Assembly (NCBI RefSeq): GCF_038025025.1
Contig: NW_027117350.1
Coordinates: 806,001 to 870,000 of the forward strand
Length of the DNA stretch: 64,000 nt
Direction of reading: 5' to 3'
DNA from: Phyllosticta citribraziliensis
Lineage: Eukaryota
This document shows positions 38,403 to 51,141 of this stretch, one piece after another. Both the position numbers and the translations under genes were made by a program. Positions within the stretch are counted from its first letter, which is position 1; each line of letters opens with the position of its first letter. A model generated the notes under the pieces. The model made no database searches, was not told the origin of the DNA, and saw only the letters and a list, made by a program, of their open reading frames with translations.

Positions 38403-40293
38403 ATGTCCAGTAGCGTCGACGTCCAACGGCGTCAGAACAACTTTTGGTCCAACTTCTCCTTCTTCAACACCGGCCCTCGCCGTCGCACCTCTCTCTCCTT
38501 GCCTCTCAAGACCAACAGCACCTTTGACCCCTTTGAAAAGGCCGACCGCCACTCTGTCCGCCCCTCGGCTTCGTCTTCCAACGCCTCGTCCTTGATGAAC
38601 GACTTCAAGTCTGGCCCCGGCAGTACGATGAATCAGGGCCAGCGCACCCGCTACCTCAAGGCGGGCGGCATAATTGCCTTTGTCCTCATCGTCTTCTTCT
38701 TCCTCTCGCCCTCTCAGCAACCCACGGTTGGTAAGTATCTGTCCTCAAATCCTCGCCGCAGGAGGCCTACCTTCTAATTGATTGGCAGAACAAGGCAAAT
38801 TCCCCGGTGGCGACGTAGCATCAGATCCTTCTGTCGCGACGACACAATGCACACGCTCATACTCGGCCGACAAGCCTCTGATTCAATATGCCCTCATGAT
38901 TGATGCTGGCAGCACCGGTTCCCGCATCCACGTCTACCGCTTCAACAACTGCGGCCCCACGCCCGAATTGGAGGATGAGATATTCGAGCAGACGGCCAAG
39001 AAGCCCGGTGGTTCTGGACTGAGTTCTTACAAGGGCGATGCCGAGGGTGCGGCAAAGAGCTTGGATCCGCTCATGGAGGTTGCGGTCAAGAACGTTCCCG
39101 AGAAGCTGCAAGGCTGCACTCCCATCGCCGTTAAGGCGACGGCTGGTCTACGCAAGCTGGGCCCCGAGATGAGCGACAGGATTCTCGCCGCCGTGCGCGA
39201 ACGCCTCGAGACACAATATCCCTTCCCGGTCTTGGCTGCTGACAAGGGTGGCGTCGAGGTCATGGACGGCACCGACGAGGGTGTTTACGCCTGGATTACT
39301 ACCAACTACCTCTTGGGCAAGATTGGAGGCCCCGACAAGACCCCAACCGCCGCGGTATTTGATCTCGGTGGCGGCTCCACCCAGATTGTTTTTGAGCCTA
39401 CCTTCAAAGAGGCCAAGGACGGTGGCATGCCCGAGAAGCTGGCCGATGGAGACCACAAGTACGAGCTAAGCTTCGGTGGGCGCGACTTTACCCTCTACCA
39501 GCACTCCTACCTGGGTTACGGTCTGATGGCTGCGCGCGAAAACTTGCACAAGCTCGTCTTTGACGGCGCGTATGCCGAACACAAAAAGGCATACCCCGAC
39601 TCAACCTCTACTGCTTGGCTGAAGAAGCCCATTACCAACCCTTGCTTGATCCCTGGAATGTCCCGCGAAGTCGAGATCCAACTCGGCGAGTCGCACCCCC
39701 TGAGTCCCTCGGTCAAGGTCAACATGACGGGTCCAACAGACGGCTCCCCAGCACAATGCCGCGCGCTCGCCGAGGAGACGCTCAAGAAGGACGAGACTTG
39801 CAAGCTGGCGCCATGCGCATTCAACGGAGTCCACCAGCCAAGCCTCGAAAAGACGTTTGCGCGCGAGGACGCGTACCTATTTTCATACTTTTACGACCGT
39901 ACCAAGCCCTTGGGCATGCCAACCAGCTTTACGATAGGCGAGCTCAAGGACCTGACGGCACGCGTGTGCAACGGACCGGACGCCTGGGACGTTTTCAAGG
40001 GCGTCGAGGGCGCAATGGAGGAGCTGAACGACCGCGCTGAGACGTGCTTGGACTTGAGCTTCATGCTCGCGTTGCTGCACACGGGCTACGAGATGCCTAT
40101 TGAGCGCGAAGTCAAGATCGCAAAGAAGATTCGCAACCGCGAGCTGGGATGGTGTTTGGGAGCCAGGTAAGCACCGAATCACGTTGCCCCCCGTCACCTC
40201 CATGCGTTTTGTTGCTGACCCTTTTCGTCCAGTCTTCCCCTCTTGAGCAAGGACTCGGGCTGGCAGTGCAAGATCAAGGAGGTCACCAAGTAG
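38403..40293 (+). CDS. GDA1: Golgi guanosine diphosphatase (GDA1/CD39 family)
   Basis: Type II anchor IIAFVLIVFFFL; apyrase motifs IDAGSTGSR, KATAGLR, DGTDEGVYAW, DLGGGSTQ, ELGWCLGA; two introns. Confidence 0.95.
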
Positions 40294-40689
40294 AAAAAAG
40301 ACGACTGCCACAGAACCAACGTCGACGAACCTTTCTTCCTACTTTTTCTCTGTCCCTCTTTCTTCTCTTCTTCCCTTTTTCCAATGTAAGAATATTATAG
40401 ACTCGGTCTGGTTGGGGCGGGCGGCTGGGTGGGTGGCAGGCCAGGCAGGCAGGCAACCAGCCCTTGCAGGCATCAGGCGCTAAAAGAGGACGGATCTTTT
40501 TCTTGTTTGGCCACAACACCTTTTCTTGGGCGAGTGGAAGCATCAGCATTTATCCATCTTACCTATTTACCACGCCATCGTCTCATCACCATCATCATCA
40601 TCTTGATCATCTAAAATAAACACCGCCATCTCGTCTTTTCCTTCCTTCGCCACTTTGTCCGATCGTACTCGTCGCCGGAACGTGAGAGT

Positions 40690-40712
40690 AGCAGCAGCAG
40701 CAGCAGCAGCAG
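40690..40712. repeat. (CAG)n microsatellite
   Basis: agcagcagc... run, read directly. Confidence 0.85.
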
Positions 40713-41813
40713 TAATGATATTATCGAGGTACCTAGATCCAGAAGACGACGACGCATGCTGTTTCTTTCTGAGCTGTATACGGTGCCGTGTGCTGTAGCA
40801 AAGTCGCCCTGCCCCGCCGTCTTTGGTTTATTTCCTAACTCCAACCTCCCGCCCCTTACTGTACTGATATATTCACAAAAGTAGACACCTAGATCAAACG
40901 TCCAGTGTTGCTGCTGCTACCGCTGCACAAGTTCCAGTAACTTACCTAGTACCGCCGAAGCAAGCCCGCCCGCCTGCTCTTCCGGTCCCTCTTCGTGCTG
41001 CCCTGGTCGGCTCCTGACGTCAGGCACGCAATACCTACTTACCTGGCTACTTTCGTAATCCGACTCAGGAGCGCGGCCACACATGGCAAGCTGCCTGGTC
41101 GTACGAATCGACAATATTCGCCCCGATAAGGTATCGATGGACGGACGGGCTCACGTGCCATGCTGTCGGTGCCACGGTAGCTTATCTACTCTCATCACCC
41201 CTTGCAGCGGCGAAATCTTTTTGTTGGTCGCGCATATATATTGACACTCCGGGCTTACCCGCTGCGTGCGTGTCACGTATCCTTGTTCTCGTCTTGTCCA
41301 TCCGGCCGTCTCCAGTCGTTTGTCTGTCTGTCCATGATCTATCTATTTGTCCATCCGTGTATCCGTCGACTCATCTCGACTCATCTCATCTCGTCACGTC
41401 GCCGCCGCTCGTCGTCTACTTAGCCGCCGCTTCCCCCCGCCGTCACGCACCGATCGATGTAGACGCGAGCTTGATCACTGGCTGACCGACGACGCTCGCT
41501 CGCGCGCTATCCCTCCATGTGATGGACTGATGATACTACTGTCTCAAGAGAGAAGGGACAGACAGACAGCGTGATGGGCAGTGGTATAGCCGGATGGCTA
41601 TCTCCCGCATGAGGGTGGGTTAGCCAGGCAGGCAGGCACCCACCCACAAGCACACATAGAGGAGTAAGTGGATTCCATAGTACGGTAGACGGTAAGTAAA
41701 GCACGATCCGACCCATGGCCCCATCCCATCCCATCCCATCCCATCCCACCCTCTTCCATTTCTCCCGTTTCTCCTTTCTCAGCAGCAGCACCAACAGCAG
41801 CAGCAGCGAAGCA

Positions 41814-41895
41814 CTCGTCGTAGTGATGTTTTCTCACTACCCGGTGATATGATGATCCAAAACCTTTGAACCATCCACAGAATCTGAACGACGAG
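41814..41895 (+). ncRNA. Candidate box C/D snoRNA
   Basis: 8-bp terminal stem CTCGTCGT/ACGACGAG; box C-like GTGATGT (41823-29); internal ATGATGA (41849-55); box D CTGA (41884-87); 82 nt; lies between a GTAAGT donor and a GCTAAT..TAG acceptor. Confidence 0.65.
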
Positions 41896-42873
41896 GGCTG
41901 CCTTGCTGTTGCTGCCGCCACCATCAATCACTCCTTAAGAGCAATAAACACCCTGACCAGACCAAGATAGGAGGAGGTTGATGAGGCTAGGAGGCTGGCT
42001 AATGCATTTGCGTGTGTTCTAGGTATGGTAGAAAACGATGAGGCGGTACTTGTGAGACGGACATCAGTCAGTGGGAAGAGGAGGCCGGTTGCTGCGTCAT
42101 TGCATGCGTAGAGCTGGATCATGACGGGCTGAACAGAGTGGCTTTGGTATGAGATGATGCGGCTGATTAACTAGTAGATGCATAAGATGCGTACATACCA
42201 AGTAAGTACTATGGATATATACATGACATATTTATTCAAATACTGCGGTATCCGCCTCCCCTCATCATCTTCTCTCTTTAACTCCTTTCCTCGCCAGGGC
42301 TCATGCCTTGAACTTCCGCCATCAACGCGCAGTGCGCATGCCAACACATGCTTCTTCTTATCTTCTCTTTTCATCTCTCATCTCCCATCGCTCGTTTGAC
42401 CCTAGCCCCGACCTTGCGCCCAAGCAGAAAACAGAAAACGAGAAGCATCAGTAGGGAATAGGGAATAGGTAGGACAACAGTATCCAAAAGAAAACGAGAG
42501 AGCGAGCTGAAAGGACTGAGTGGCTGGTTTGACCAACCCGACGCATGACCGACCGACTGAAGATGCCAAACTGTTTCCTACCATTGACGCAGAGCAAAAG
42601 AGCAAACAATCGAGAGAGGAAGGAAGAGAGGAAGAGAGGAAATGCGCCAGAGACAAGCGGAATCCTGCAGGCGCGATGCTACCCAAAACAATCAACCAAC
42701 CGTCCAAACATCCAAACATCAGGGCGAGCTGCGCCCAAGAGCAAAGACACTAGCTGTACTTTTGAGTGTGCGAGTGCGACGTCATCGACCTTCTCTTTTG
42801 ACGAAAAGATACCGCGCTTCTTTCTTCTTTGGCATCCTCTTCTTGCGTTTTGATGCTTCACATCTCACTCGTC

Positions 42874-45800
42874 TCAGCGCAACGTATCGTTCCGCTTAAC
42901 GCTGCCAAACCGACGGCTCAACACATCGTGAATATCCAGGCTGACACGGGGAATGCGGACGCCGACCTCTCCCGCACTGGCGCCACTGGCAGCGCTGGAG
43001 GCGCCCGGAGCCCGGCCTTCCTCGAGTGCAGTCGCCACCTCTGTCTCTGTTGTGGCCGCGGCTTTGCCGCCGCCGCCGCTGGCCACGTTGACAGCGCTCG
43101 TGGAGCCGTCGCCGTCCAGCGCGTCTGGCCGGTTGCGCAGCATCTCGCGCACCTCGACTTCGCGCTTGGCTTGCTCGGCGGCGTCGCGTTCGTGGTGCGC
43201 GCCCAGGAGCCCGGTGACTTCGGCGCCAGAGCGCGGCGTGGTGCCGGCAGCAGCAAACGATGGGCGACCGGCATCAGTAGCGTCGCCGCGGTCCCAGCCT
43301 TGTTGGAGCTCAAGCGCAGCCGCCTGATCAAAACGCTTGCGCACAGCGGGATCCTTTTCGAGTTCCTGAAAGGCGTCGACGTCGGTGGTCCAAAAGGCGG
43401 CACGGAGCGTGGCGACGCCGATTTCGAAGACGACGACGGTCGTGACGATCATGATGAGCGACAGCCACCACAGCGCGTTGCGGCCGAAGCGGTCGTTGTC
43501 GAAAAAGGAGCCGCGAACGTCGTAGATACCGTTCTTTTGGTAGGTTGCCGACAGAATGATATTCCAGAGGAACCAGCCGCCCACTGAGCAAATGAAGCTG
43601 AAGGCGGCCGTGACCGTCTTGGTGTGCATCTCCAAGCCTTGTAGCTTGAAGCTGATCAGGATGACGGCTGCTGTGAAGGTCAGATCGCCCATGGCGAAGA
43701 GCGATTGGTCTTCAGTGAAGAGAGCTTGTCCGTAGAGTCCGAGCATGCAGAAAAAGATGACCATGGCTTCTGAAGACGCCATAAACATCCAGCCTAGGTA
43801 GATTTTGAAGTTGAAACCGCCATTCCGCTGGCCTTTGGTGTAGAGTTCTGGGACAGCAAGGAGAGTACTGGGTTTCAAATCTTGCTCAAAGATGCCGAGG
43901 ACGATGACTGGCAATGAGGTGAAGAGCTACAGAGTCAGATGAGGATATTTGCCAGTGATGGTGGACAACAGCTTACCGTGTTGAACATGCTGAGACTCCA
44001 GCTCTCGTACAAGCTGGTTCCCGTGTACCCGACCCACCGCTGGTAGAGAGCCTGCGTGAGATAGAACACAAACTCTTTCCAGAAAGTCGACACAGTGTAC
44101 TTGCAAACCCTATTGTAGTTCCAGCGTCCGTGCACCAGCAGCAGCTTGGTCAGGAACCGGAATTGCGCCATCGAGTAGTCACTGACTCTGGCCGCCTGCA
44201 AGCCCTCTTTACCAGTGATTCCAATGCCGACATGGGCTTCTTGGATCATGGCAATGTCGTTGGCGCCGTCGCCGATGGCCAAAGTGACTGATTTGACGCG
44301 TTTGCGCACCATGTTGACGAGACCCGCCTTTTGGCTGGGTGAGGCGCGACAACAGACCACAGAGTCAGCCATAACGACAAGGTCGAAGAATAACGCGTGG
44401 AGTCCCGCGTCGCTCTCAATCATAGCCAAGGTCTGTCCATCGACCACAACGACTGAATGCGCGACGCGGCCCTCACTAATGTCGACAATGGCTCCAGCGA
44501 TACTCTGCTCCACATTGCCTGCTTCGAAATCGAGAATAGTGGTGGCAGAGTAGTCTTTGATGAGCCGGCAAGAGTGTCCAATATTGATGGCAGTCTCTCG
44601 CTTGTCGCCAGTCAGCATCCACATCTTGATGTTTGCACGACGGAGCTTTTCAATGGCCTGAGGGACGCCCTTTTGCAGCTTGTCTTCGATGGCGGTCGCG
44701 CCAGCAAGTTCGAGATCTTGCTCTATCATCTCGCCAGCTCGCTCAATCATGTTCTGGCGGTCCACAAGACTTGTCGTAGCGTCGTGATATATCTTTTTCC
44801 AGCTCTGATATTCGTTGTCATCGAGGAAGCGATATCCATAGAGCAAGGTCCTCAGACCCTCGGTTGCAAAGTCGTTAATGTGCTGGAAGCAGCGCTCAAT
44901 CACGGCCGATTCGTCCACGACGAGTGATTCTTCGACGAGATCCTCTTCTTCCTCCAGTTGCATGGAGCTCCGCGCTTCTGACACTGCTATCGACTGCCGT
45001 CCAAATTGAGCAGATGGGCGTGGCGAGTAGTAGATGCTGCTGTCTTCAGCCGAACTGACTTCAATATCTCTTTCGCGGTTGTCGAGCCAGTTGTTCAGTT
45101 CATCACGCACCGGCTGTAGCCTCGTACTTTGTGTGCTCGGACGACCGAGACCACCGATGCTCGCACGGCCGATTGAGAAACTGGGTCTATTCAAGCTCTT
45201 TCTCTCGAGTTGCTCACTCTTTCGGGCGATGGCGGCTTGGGCCTCCATGCTCTTGCGCTTGTTTGCTCGACGCTCAATCTCAATGACCTTTTGATTGGCA
45301 AGGTTGGCCATTTTGAGACGCTGCATGACGATAGAATCGGCACCTTTGCAGAGAATACAGACGCGTCCGTCAGGAAAGCGGACGACAATAGACATGCGCT
45401 TGCGCTTGGATGAGAACTCAATCACATCCAGGACTTCGTAAATCTCTTCCACGGGCTCATTCTCGGTACCGGGAGTGCTTTTGAGAGTAATGGTGCCAAC
45501 ATCGCGATCGATGACCATGTATCCCAACTCTTGAGCAGCTCTGACCAGCGCAAGCTCATCGGGCGACGAAGCCTGAAAGTCGACGGATCCATCCTCTTGC
45601 GTCTCTGGCAGACAGGTGTGGCAAAGAGCAAGAGAAAGTAGAAACATGCGCGCCTTCTTGGCAAATACGGTGTACGGCTTCTTCTGGATATAACGAATCA
45701 TGTCTCCAGTCGCAAGCTCGGTTTGAGGCTTATATGGGCGTGCACTTGAGCTCCATCCGACGTCACCGCTGGGTCGAGGTGCCAAGTCGACTGCCGCCTC

Positions 45801-48173
45801 GCCCTCGGCATCACCAGGCGCCTCGGAGTCACGTCGAAGGGCTTGACGAACTGACGCCAGACTTTTTCGAATTGGCTTCTTGCCCTTGCTCTTCTTCCGA
45901 GTCGGACGCTTGCTGATGGCAACCTCTTCCTCAATGTCCTTGTTGTGCAGCCATGCCGTACCAGCGACGCTCATCTTGCGAAACTTCATTGTGTTGTCTG
46001 TGAGCGTGCCCGTCTTATCGGAGAAGATGTAGCTGACTTGGCCGAGTTCCTCGTTAATGGTAGAAGTCCGAGGCTCGAAGGGGGTGTTGCTCTCCTTGTG
46101 ATACATGTCGATGTCGTTCAGAAGCCACATTTGGAAGGCCTTTACAATTTCCAAACTGACGTACAGAGACAACGGAATCATGGTGTTGAACATGATGATG
46201 AAGGAGGCAAGAATGGGGAAGAAGGCAACGCCAGCATCCGTCAAATAGAATGCCTCAGCCTCATTGTCTGCGGACCAAATCTGGTAGGCAACCGTGTTGA
46301 AGATGGCCAAGGCAATGACGAAAATGACAATGATGATGACGATCTTGTTGACGAAAGCTTGTAGCGCAGGAGCCTTGATACGAGGGTTCTTGTTTGCGTT
46401 CATCCGAATCTTGCAGTCTTCGCCGGTATAGATGACCATGCCGAGAGCCTCTTCGGTGTTTCGCAGGATGCTTCCACGATAAATGATTTCAGCATTCGTC
46501 AAGGGCGCAGTCTCCTCGTTGTAAGTTACGCGTCCTTCAAAATTGTACAGGTCCAAGTTTGGGTCCTCGACTACGAAGTGAGCCCTGCAAGCAGCGATAT
46601 CCTCGTCGGAATGGCATCCTTTGGCTATCAATGGCGTCGTCTGTTTACTCTTCAGGTTCGTCTCGCCATCCAATGCCATCGTCTCGACGTATGCAATGCC
46701 GTTGGGTCCCGTGGAATGCAAAAGAACCAGATCCGAAGGCGCAGTGTCGTTGCGCTTGAGCTTGACGACATTGCCGACTTTGAGGTCCTTCCATTTCGTC
46801 GTCGCCCAGTGGATGGGACCCAAGACGCGTGAAGCCGATTCATCTTTCATCTCTTCTTCCCCATTCTCAGTATTGACAGTAGGTTGGTAAGCATGCAGCA
46901 CCAACGCGTCACGGTTGTTTTCGGCTTTGTCGAGTCGATATCTTCTCAAATCATCATATCCTTCTTTTGCAATCGAAATACTAACAAAGAAAAGCAGCGG
47001 AACAATGGTGGTATATGTTCCAGTGGTGCTGAGACCGGGTATCATTTGTAAAATAGAAACGCAAAGAAAGTAAAAGTTGGCGAGCTTGGAGAATTGAGCA
47101 AAAAGTTGGCGCGGTAAGAAATTCCACGCATTGTAGCGACTTGACCGGATCGTGTTGGGCACGTAGGGCTTTCCCGTACGTTCGTCTGTCAGCGACTTTT
47201 TCCGGCTCGCGTCGAGGTCAATGTGCCGGCCGTCCTTGCTTGGCGGAATCTCCTGAATTCGAAGTATGATTTTCCGCGCTCTTTCAAACTGGTCCTCGAT
47301 GTGCTTGACGAAGGTGCGCCGTTTCCCTCTTGCTGCTACCCAAGACTCGTAATGTGGAAGAGCGGAAATACCTCGCAGCGAGCTCTGCTTTTCGGAATTT
47401 TTGGTGACCAGAGACTCCCTCTGCGATGATGCCTCCGCCACGGGCTCGACAAAGACACTTGCGCTGTCGCGCGACTTTTTCTCCGCCTCAGATGATTCTG
47501 GCGACTGAATACCAGTGGACGATCCTGCAGCATCTTGGAGTTCAATTACGCCTCCTGTCGGAGATGATACCGAGGGCACATTTGAGGTTTCGTAGTTGCG
47601 GCGGAAGAGGGAACTGCGTAGTGAGTAGCCCCTAGCTCGGGTACCAGGGGAAGTTGGCGACAGAGTTGTTCGAGCAGTCCGGAGCGAGCTCGCCGGTGGT
47701 GAGGTTACAGCCTCGGGGCTAGAGCCTGGGGGCGAAGATGCGAGGTTGGCAGATGTTGTGTCCACGGTGAGATTTGGTGCCGCTCGCGCGTGGTTTGTCG
47801 CGTGATCATCTTCGGCCTGACCGGATTGCGAGTGCACAGATGATGTCGAATCTTTTCCACCATGGTGTGGGGCGTTCCTTCTGTCTAGGTCTGCCGAGAA
47901 TCTAACTCTTTGGGCATGTGGACGTTGCGAAGAAGCATTTCTTTGGACGCCGGGGCGATCGGTGCTTTGGCGTTGCGAGGCATTGGGTGCGAGCTCTTGA
48001 AGCGGTACCGTTGACGAGTGTTCATTTGCGGTGTCTCTGGGACCATGGTCGACGGGAGAATCCTGGCCCACGTTGTCTCGGGTAGCTTCTTGGTCAAGTT
48101 CAGATGAAAGCCGGCGAGGTGGTCCATCTGAGCCAGGCCGACCCGGAGAACCTGGAGCGGGACTGCCGGCCAT
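42874..48173 (-). CDS. DNF3: P4-type ATPase phospholipid flippase, Dnf3-like
   Basis: LDGETNLK, FSDKTGTLT, QASSPDE, ATAIEDKLQ, WMLTGDK, LAIGDGAND; intron about 43927-43976. Confidence 0.93.
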
Positions 48174-49290
48174 GACGGTTGTGGATCTAGGGATCCGGCA
48201 GCGAATTCATAGAGGAGGAGGGCGTGCGGCTGGGAGAGGGTCAGGTCGGTAGAGCGAATGACGTCGGCTGGCGGAGGGCAGAGTACAGGTAGGTAAGGAT
48301 CGAGCAACTCTCGCTTGTCAACGACAGACTGTCGAGAGTGAAGAAGAGGGAGGAGAGGGCAGTCGAAGTCGTAGGTGACGTCGCGTAAAGATTGAGGCGC
48401 AGCGCAGGTCTGGAATGGGGAGCAAGGACAGAAAGCGGCTTACAAGCTTGGGTTTCCCTTGTCGACGACTCGCCCTCGGTGCCACCGTCTCATGCAGGCA
48501 ATCCCTCCGCCCTCGTATGCGCCCCGCTGACGTACTCAACTGTCCTTGGCCTCCCTCTGACCAGGTTGCAGCGCAGCTGAGTAGTGTCGACAGCCGTTTC
48601 TTTGTTTAAACTCTCTGCACCGCCCGTGGTCCTCTCACACGCCTGTCTCATGGCTTCGAGTCCTGAGACTGGCCTTCATCTCAACCCATGGAGGGCCTTG
48701 CCGAGCCGCCGAGCCGTGGCTGCCATCGGATACCGATATGCGACTCAAAACCTAACCCAACTGCAGAAACCCAAAACCCAGCCTCTCTCCCAGCGGCCAG
48801 GCTCGCGCGCATCCCCTGCCGTGCGTTGGAAACACCCGGCCTGCAATCAGTCCTCAGCCTTGTGGAAATTGGTCCTGTCCTCTGCTGCACATCATCGCCG
48901 CTGCTTTTGACTGCTTGACTCTTTTCATGTGTCTCCGAGAGCTAATCCATTATGTGCCTTGCCGCCTACGCTAACTACAGACCAGCACAGCGCATGTTTG
49001 GTACAGCGAGATTGCTGCCGCCTGTCTCGTCGCAAAAGAGGAAGAATAACGAAAGAGAGACCAATTCCTACACTTGAAGTTTTAGTGTCGAGACCGTCCA
49101 ACGCAAAGCAGACCCGCCAAACGCCCAATACTTGTAAAATCCGCCAACTTTGTTCCAAAAACACGAATGAGTCGTCGGCCATGTCATTAGGTCTTTGATG
49201 CAACAAACTGATAGGTCCCCTGCGCCTTGCCATATGCTAGTTAAATGGGTATGTGACTGTGACGGAGACTGTAAAGAAAATACTCGGTCC

Positions 49291-51141
49291 TTATTGCTGC
49301 GCTGCGACGCACCAGTGCCGGTGGTATACCCACGCACTCTTCTGGCACTCCTTGCTGCAGTACTTGGTGCGGCGGCACCGGCGGCACTTAGCAAATTGCC
49401 TCGTGTACTCCTCCCACTTGCCACACTGGTAGTAGGCACACTGCCGAATCCCCCCACGCGAGTCGTCCTTGCGGCAGAGGTTCCGCATCACCACGCCGGC
49501 CCAGTATTGCATGTCTTGAGAGTGGTGCCGCACCGTAAACTTCTCGACCAACGGGAAGATGTTGAAGTCGTCGGGGAGGAGGTATTCCTCCTCACACTCG
49601 TCCTCATCTCCCACCGGCACAGCCTTGCCTGGCTCGGCATCCAAAAGATCCAGTTCCTTGCCAATCTTGAGCCTCGGCACCAGGTGCGACTTTTGGAAGT
49701 ATGACCGCAGGTTGCAGTATTTGGAAACGTAGGCGAGGAGTTGCAGTGACATCAAGACGTCCTCGTCCCGGGGCATCGCAGCAAGAACACCAGCGGTGGC
49801 GTTGCGGTCCTGGGCGGAGCGAGAGTACCAAGGGGCCTGCATGCCAGTCGGTGGTGTAACATTGGCGACGTTGATAGTAGGTTGTACAGGTGAAAAGCCC
49901 AAGGGACCCGCCGCGGGTGTTGCTACTGGGTTAATAATACTGCCATCAATGGCCGATCGATGAGTGATGTTAAAGGTCTCCGCCTCAGTGCCTTCGGAAG
50001 GAGGAGCCGTCAGTCCAACAGGGGTTGCGCCAGCGTTGAGCATTTCCTCGTTGTCGACAATGTCTTGCATGTTGATTTCGTTTTGAATACCGACGATGGG
50101 CTCGCTCGCGGATCCTGCGGCAGCGTTGTCCTCGGAGGCGATTTCTTCGGCTTGGGCGTCGTTGTCGGAATCACCCGAGGTCGATAGTTGGTGCCGAATC
50201 GACGGTCTTCTCCGAGCCCTCGAGGCCATGGCCTGGGAGCGTGATGATTCAGCTTGGACGTGGACAACGGCATTGGGTGTGGTGGGTGATTCGGGCTGTG
50301 AAGTCATTTCACGCTGCAACGCCGGGAGCATGGAGGGGAGACGGTCGGCATCTCTTACAGGTCGGATGGCAAAGTTGTCTTGAGTATCGATCGAGGAACC
50401 AGCTGGGGGGAGAGGCTGCGAGGTTTGTTGCCGACTGGCGCTGGACCGGGGGGCGAGTCCATGGTTTCGCGAGTCGCTGCGATGGGGAGGAGGAAGCGGG
50501 CGGGCAAAGGTTGGTCGTTCTGGCGGCGAACTGAGAGAAAACGGTGCAGCCGGAGCGGGTTCAATAAGCTGCGTCTCCATCCGGGGTTGAGGGAACGGAA
50601 GGGCTTGGGGTATCTCGATGGGAGGGGGAGCATGACGTCGGGACCTGTCTGACCTAAGCCCAGGACCAAGAGGATCACCGGCCCTCCCATATTGTCTCCC
50701 AGATATGCCGAATCGAGGGTTGCTTCGTTTGTACTCGGCCTCTGCCCTCTCTCGACACTTGTCAATGACACGGATGTAGTTGTCCAGGACCGTGGCAATG
50801 ACTGGCACCATGTCGGCTTCCACGACTCGCGTCCTGACGGCTTCGGAGCCTCGGATGCCAATGTTGACGACGCACTGGAAGGCCAGATTCCACTTCCAGA
50901 TGTCCATCATGTCCTTGCTCCTTCCCTCCTTCAGGATGCATACGAGCCGCTCGACGCCGCCATCGACGGTCAAAATGTCACGAATCCGGGCGGACGAGGT
51001 CGTCAGGTAGGCCAAATGGTTGAGAGAGTTGATGAGGGGGAGAGTCGAGGTGCAGTCGAGAGCCCGGCGGTCATAGAGGGCAGTGGTGATGCCCACGGAG
51101 GCCTTGTTCGAGTTGGGGATGCTGAAGTTGACCTCACGCAT
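49291..51141 (-). CDS. samB: MYND zinc-finger protein SamB/Mub1
   Basis: MREVNFSIPN..ITTALYDRRALDCTS; C-terminal MYND CAYYQC..FAKCRRCRRTKYCSKECQKSAWVYHRHWC. Confidence 0.93.
   Translation of the reverse strand: MREVNFSIPNSNKASVGITTALYDRRALDCTSTLPLINSLNHLAYLTTSSARIRDILTVDGGVERLVCILKEGRSKDMMDIWKWNLAFQCVVNIGIRGSEAVRTRVVEADMVPVIATVLDNYIRVIDKCRERAEAEYKRSNPRFGISGRQYGRAGDPLGPGLRSDRSRRHAPPPIEIPQALPFPQPRMETQLIEPAPAAPFSLSSPPERPTFARPLPPPHRSDSRNHGLAPRSSASRQQTSQPLPPAGSSIDTQDNFAIRPVRDADRLPSMLPALQREMTSQPESPTTPNAVVHVQAESSRSQAMASRARRRPSIRHQLSTSGDSDNDAQAEEIASEDNAAAGSASEPIVGIQNEINMQDIVDNEEMLNAGATPVGLTAPPSEGTEAETFNITHRSAIDGSIINPVATPAAGPLGFSPVQPTINVANVTPPTGMQAPWYSRSAQDRNATAGVLAAMPRDEDVLMSLQLLAYVSKYCNLRSYFQKSHLVPRLKIGKELDLLDAEPGKAVPVGDEDECEEEYLLPDDFNIFPLVEKFTVRHHSQDMQYWAGVVMRNLCRKDDSRGGIRQCAYYQCGKWEEYTRQFAKCRRCRRTKYCSKECQKSAWVYHRHWCVAAQQ

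Noticed and set aside
40707..40776. Second possible C/D snoRNA (CAGC..ATGATAT..CTGA-GCTG)
   Set aside because: Box C is non-canonical and the stem comes from a CAG microsatellite; too weak without data.
41036..41150. TACTTACCTGGC resembling the U1 snRNA 5' end
   Set aside because: No stem-loop I (GATCA.GAAG), no ATTGCAC loop and no Sm site follow; better read as a minus-strand donor-like or TACC-repeat motif.
20683..48173. Lipid/Golgi 'cluster' (LCB2, GEP4, GDA1, DNF3, IRC6)
   Set aside because: Ordinary housekeeping genes interspersed with unrelated ones; no evidence of a co-regulated cluster.
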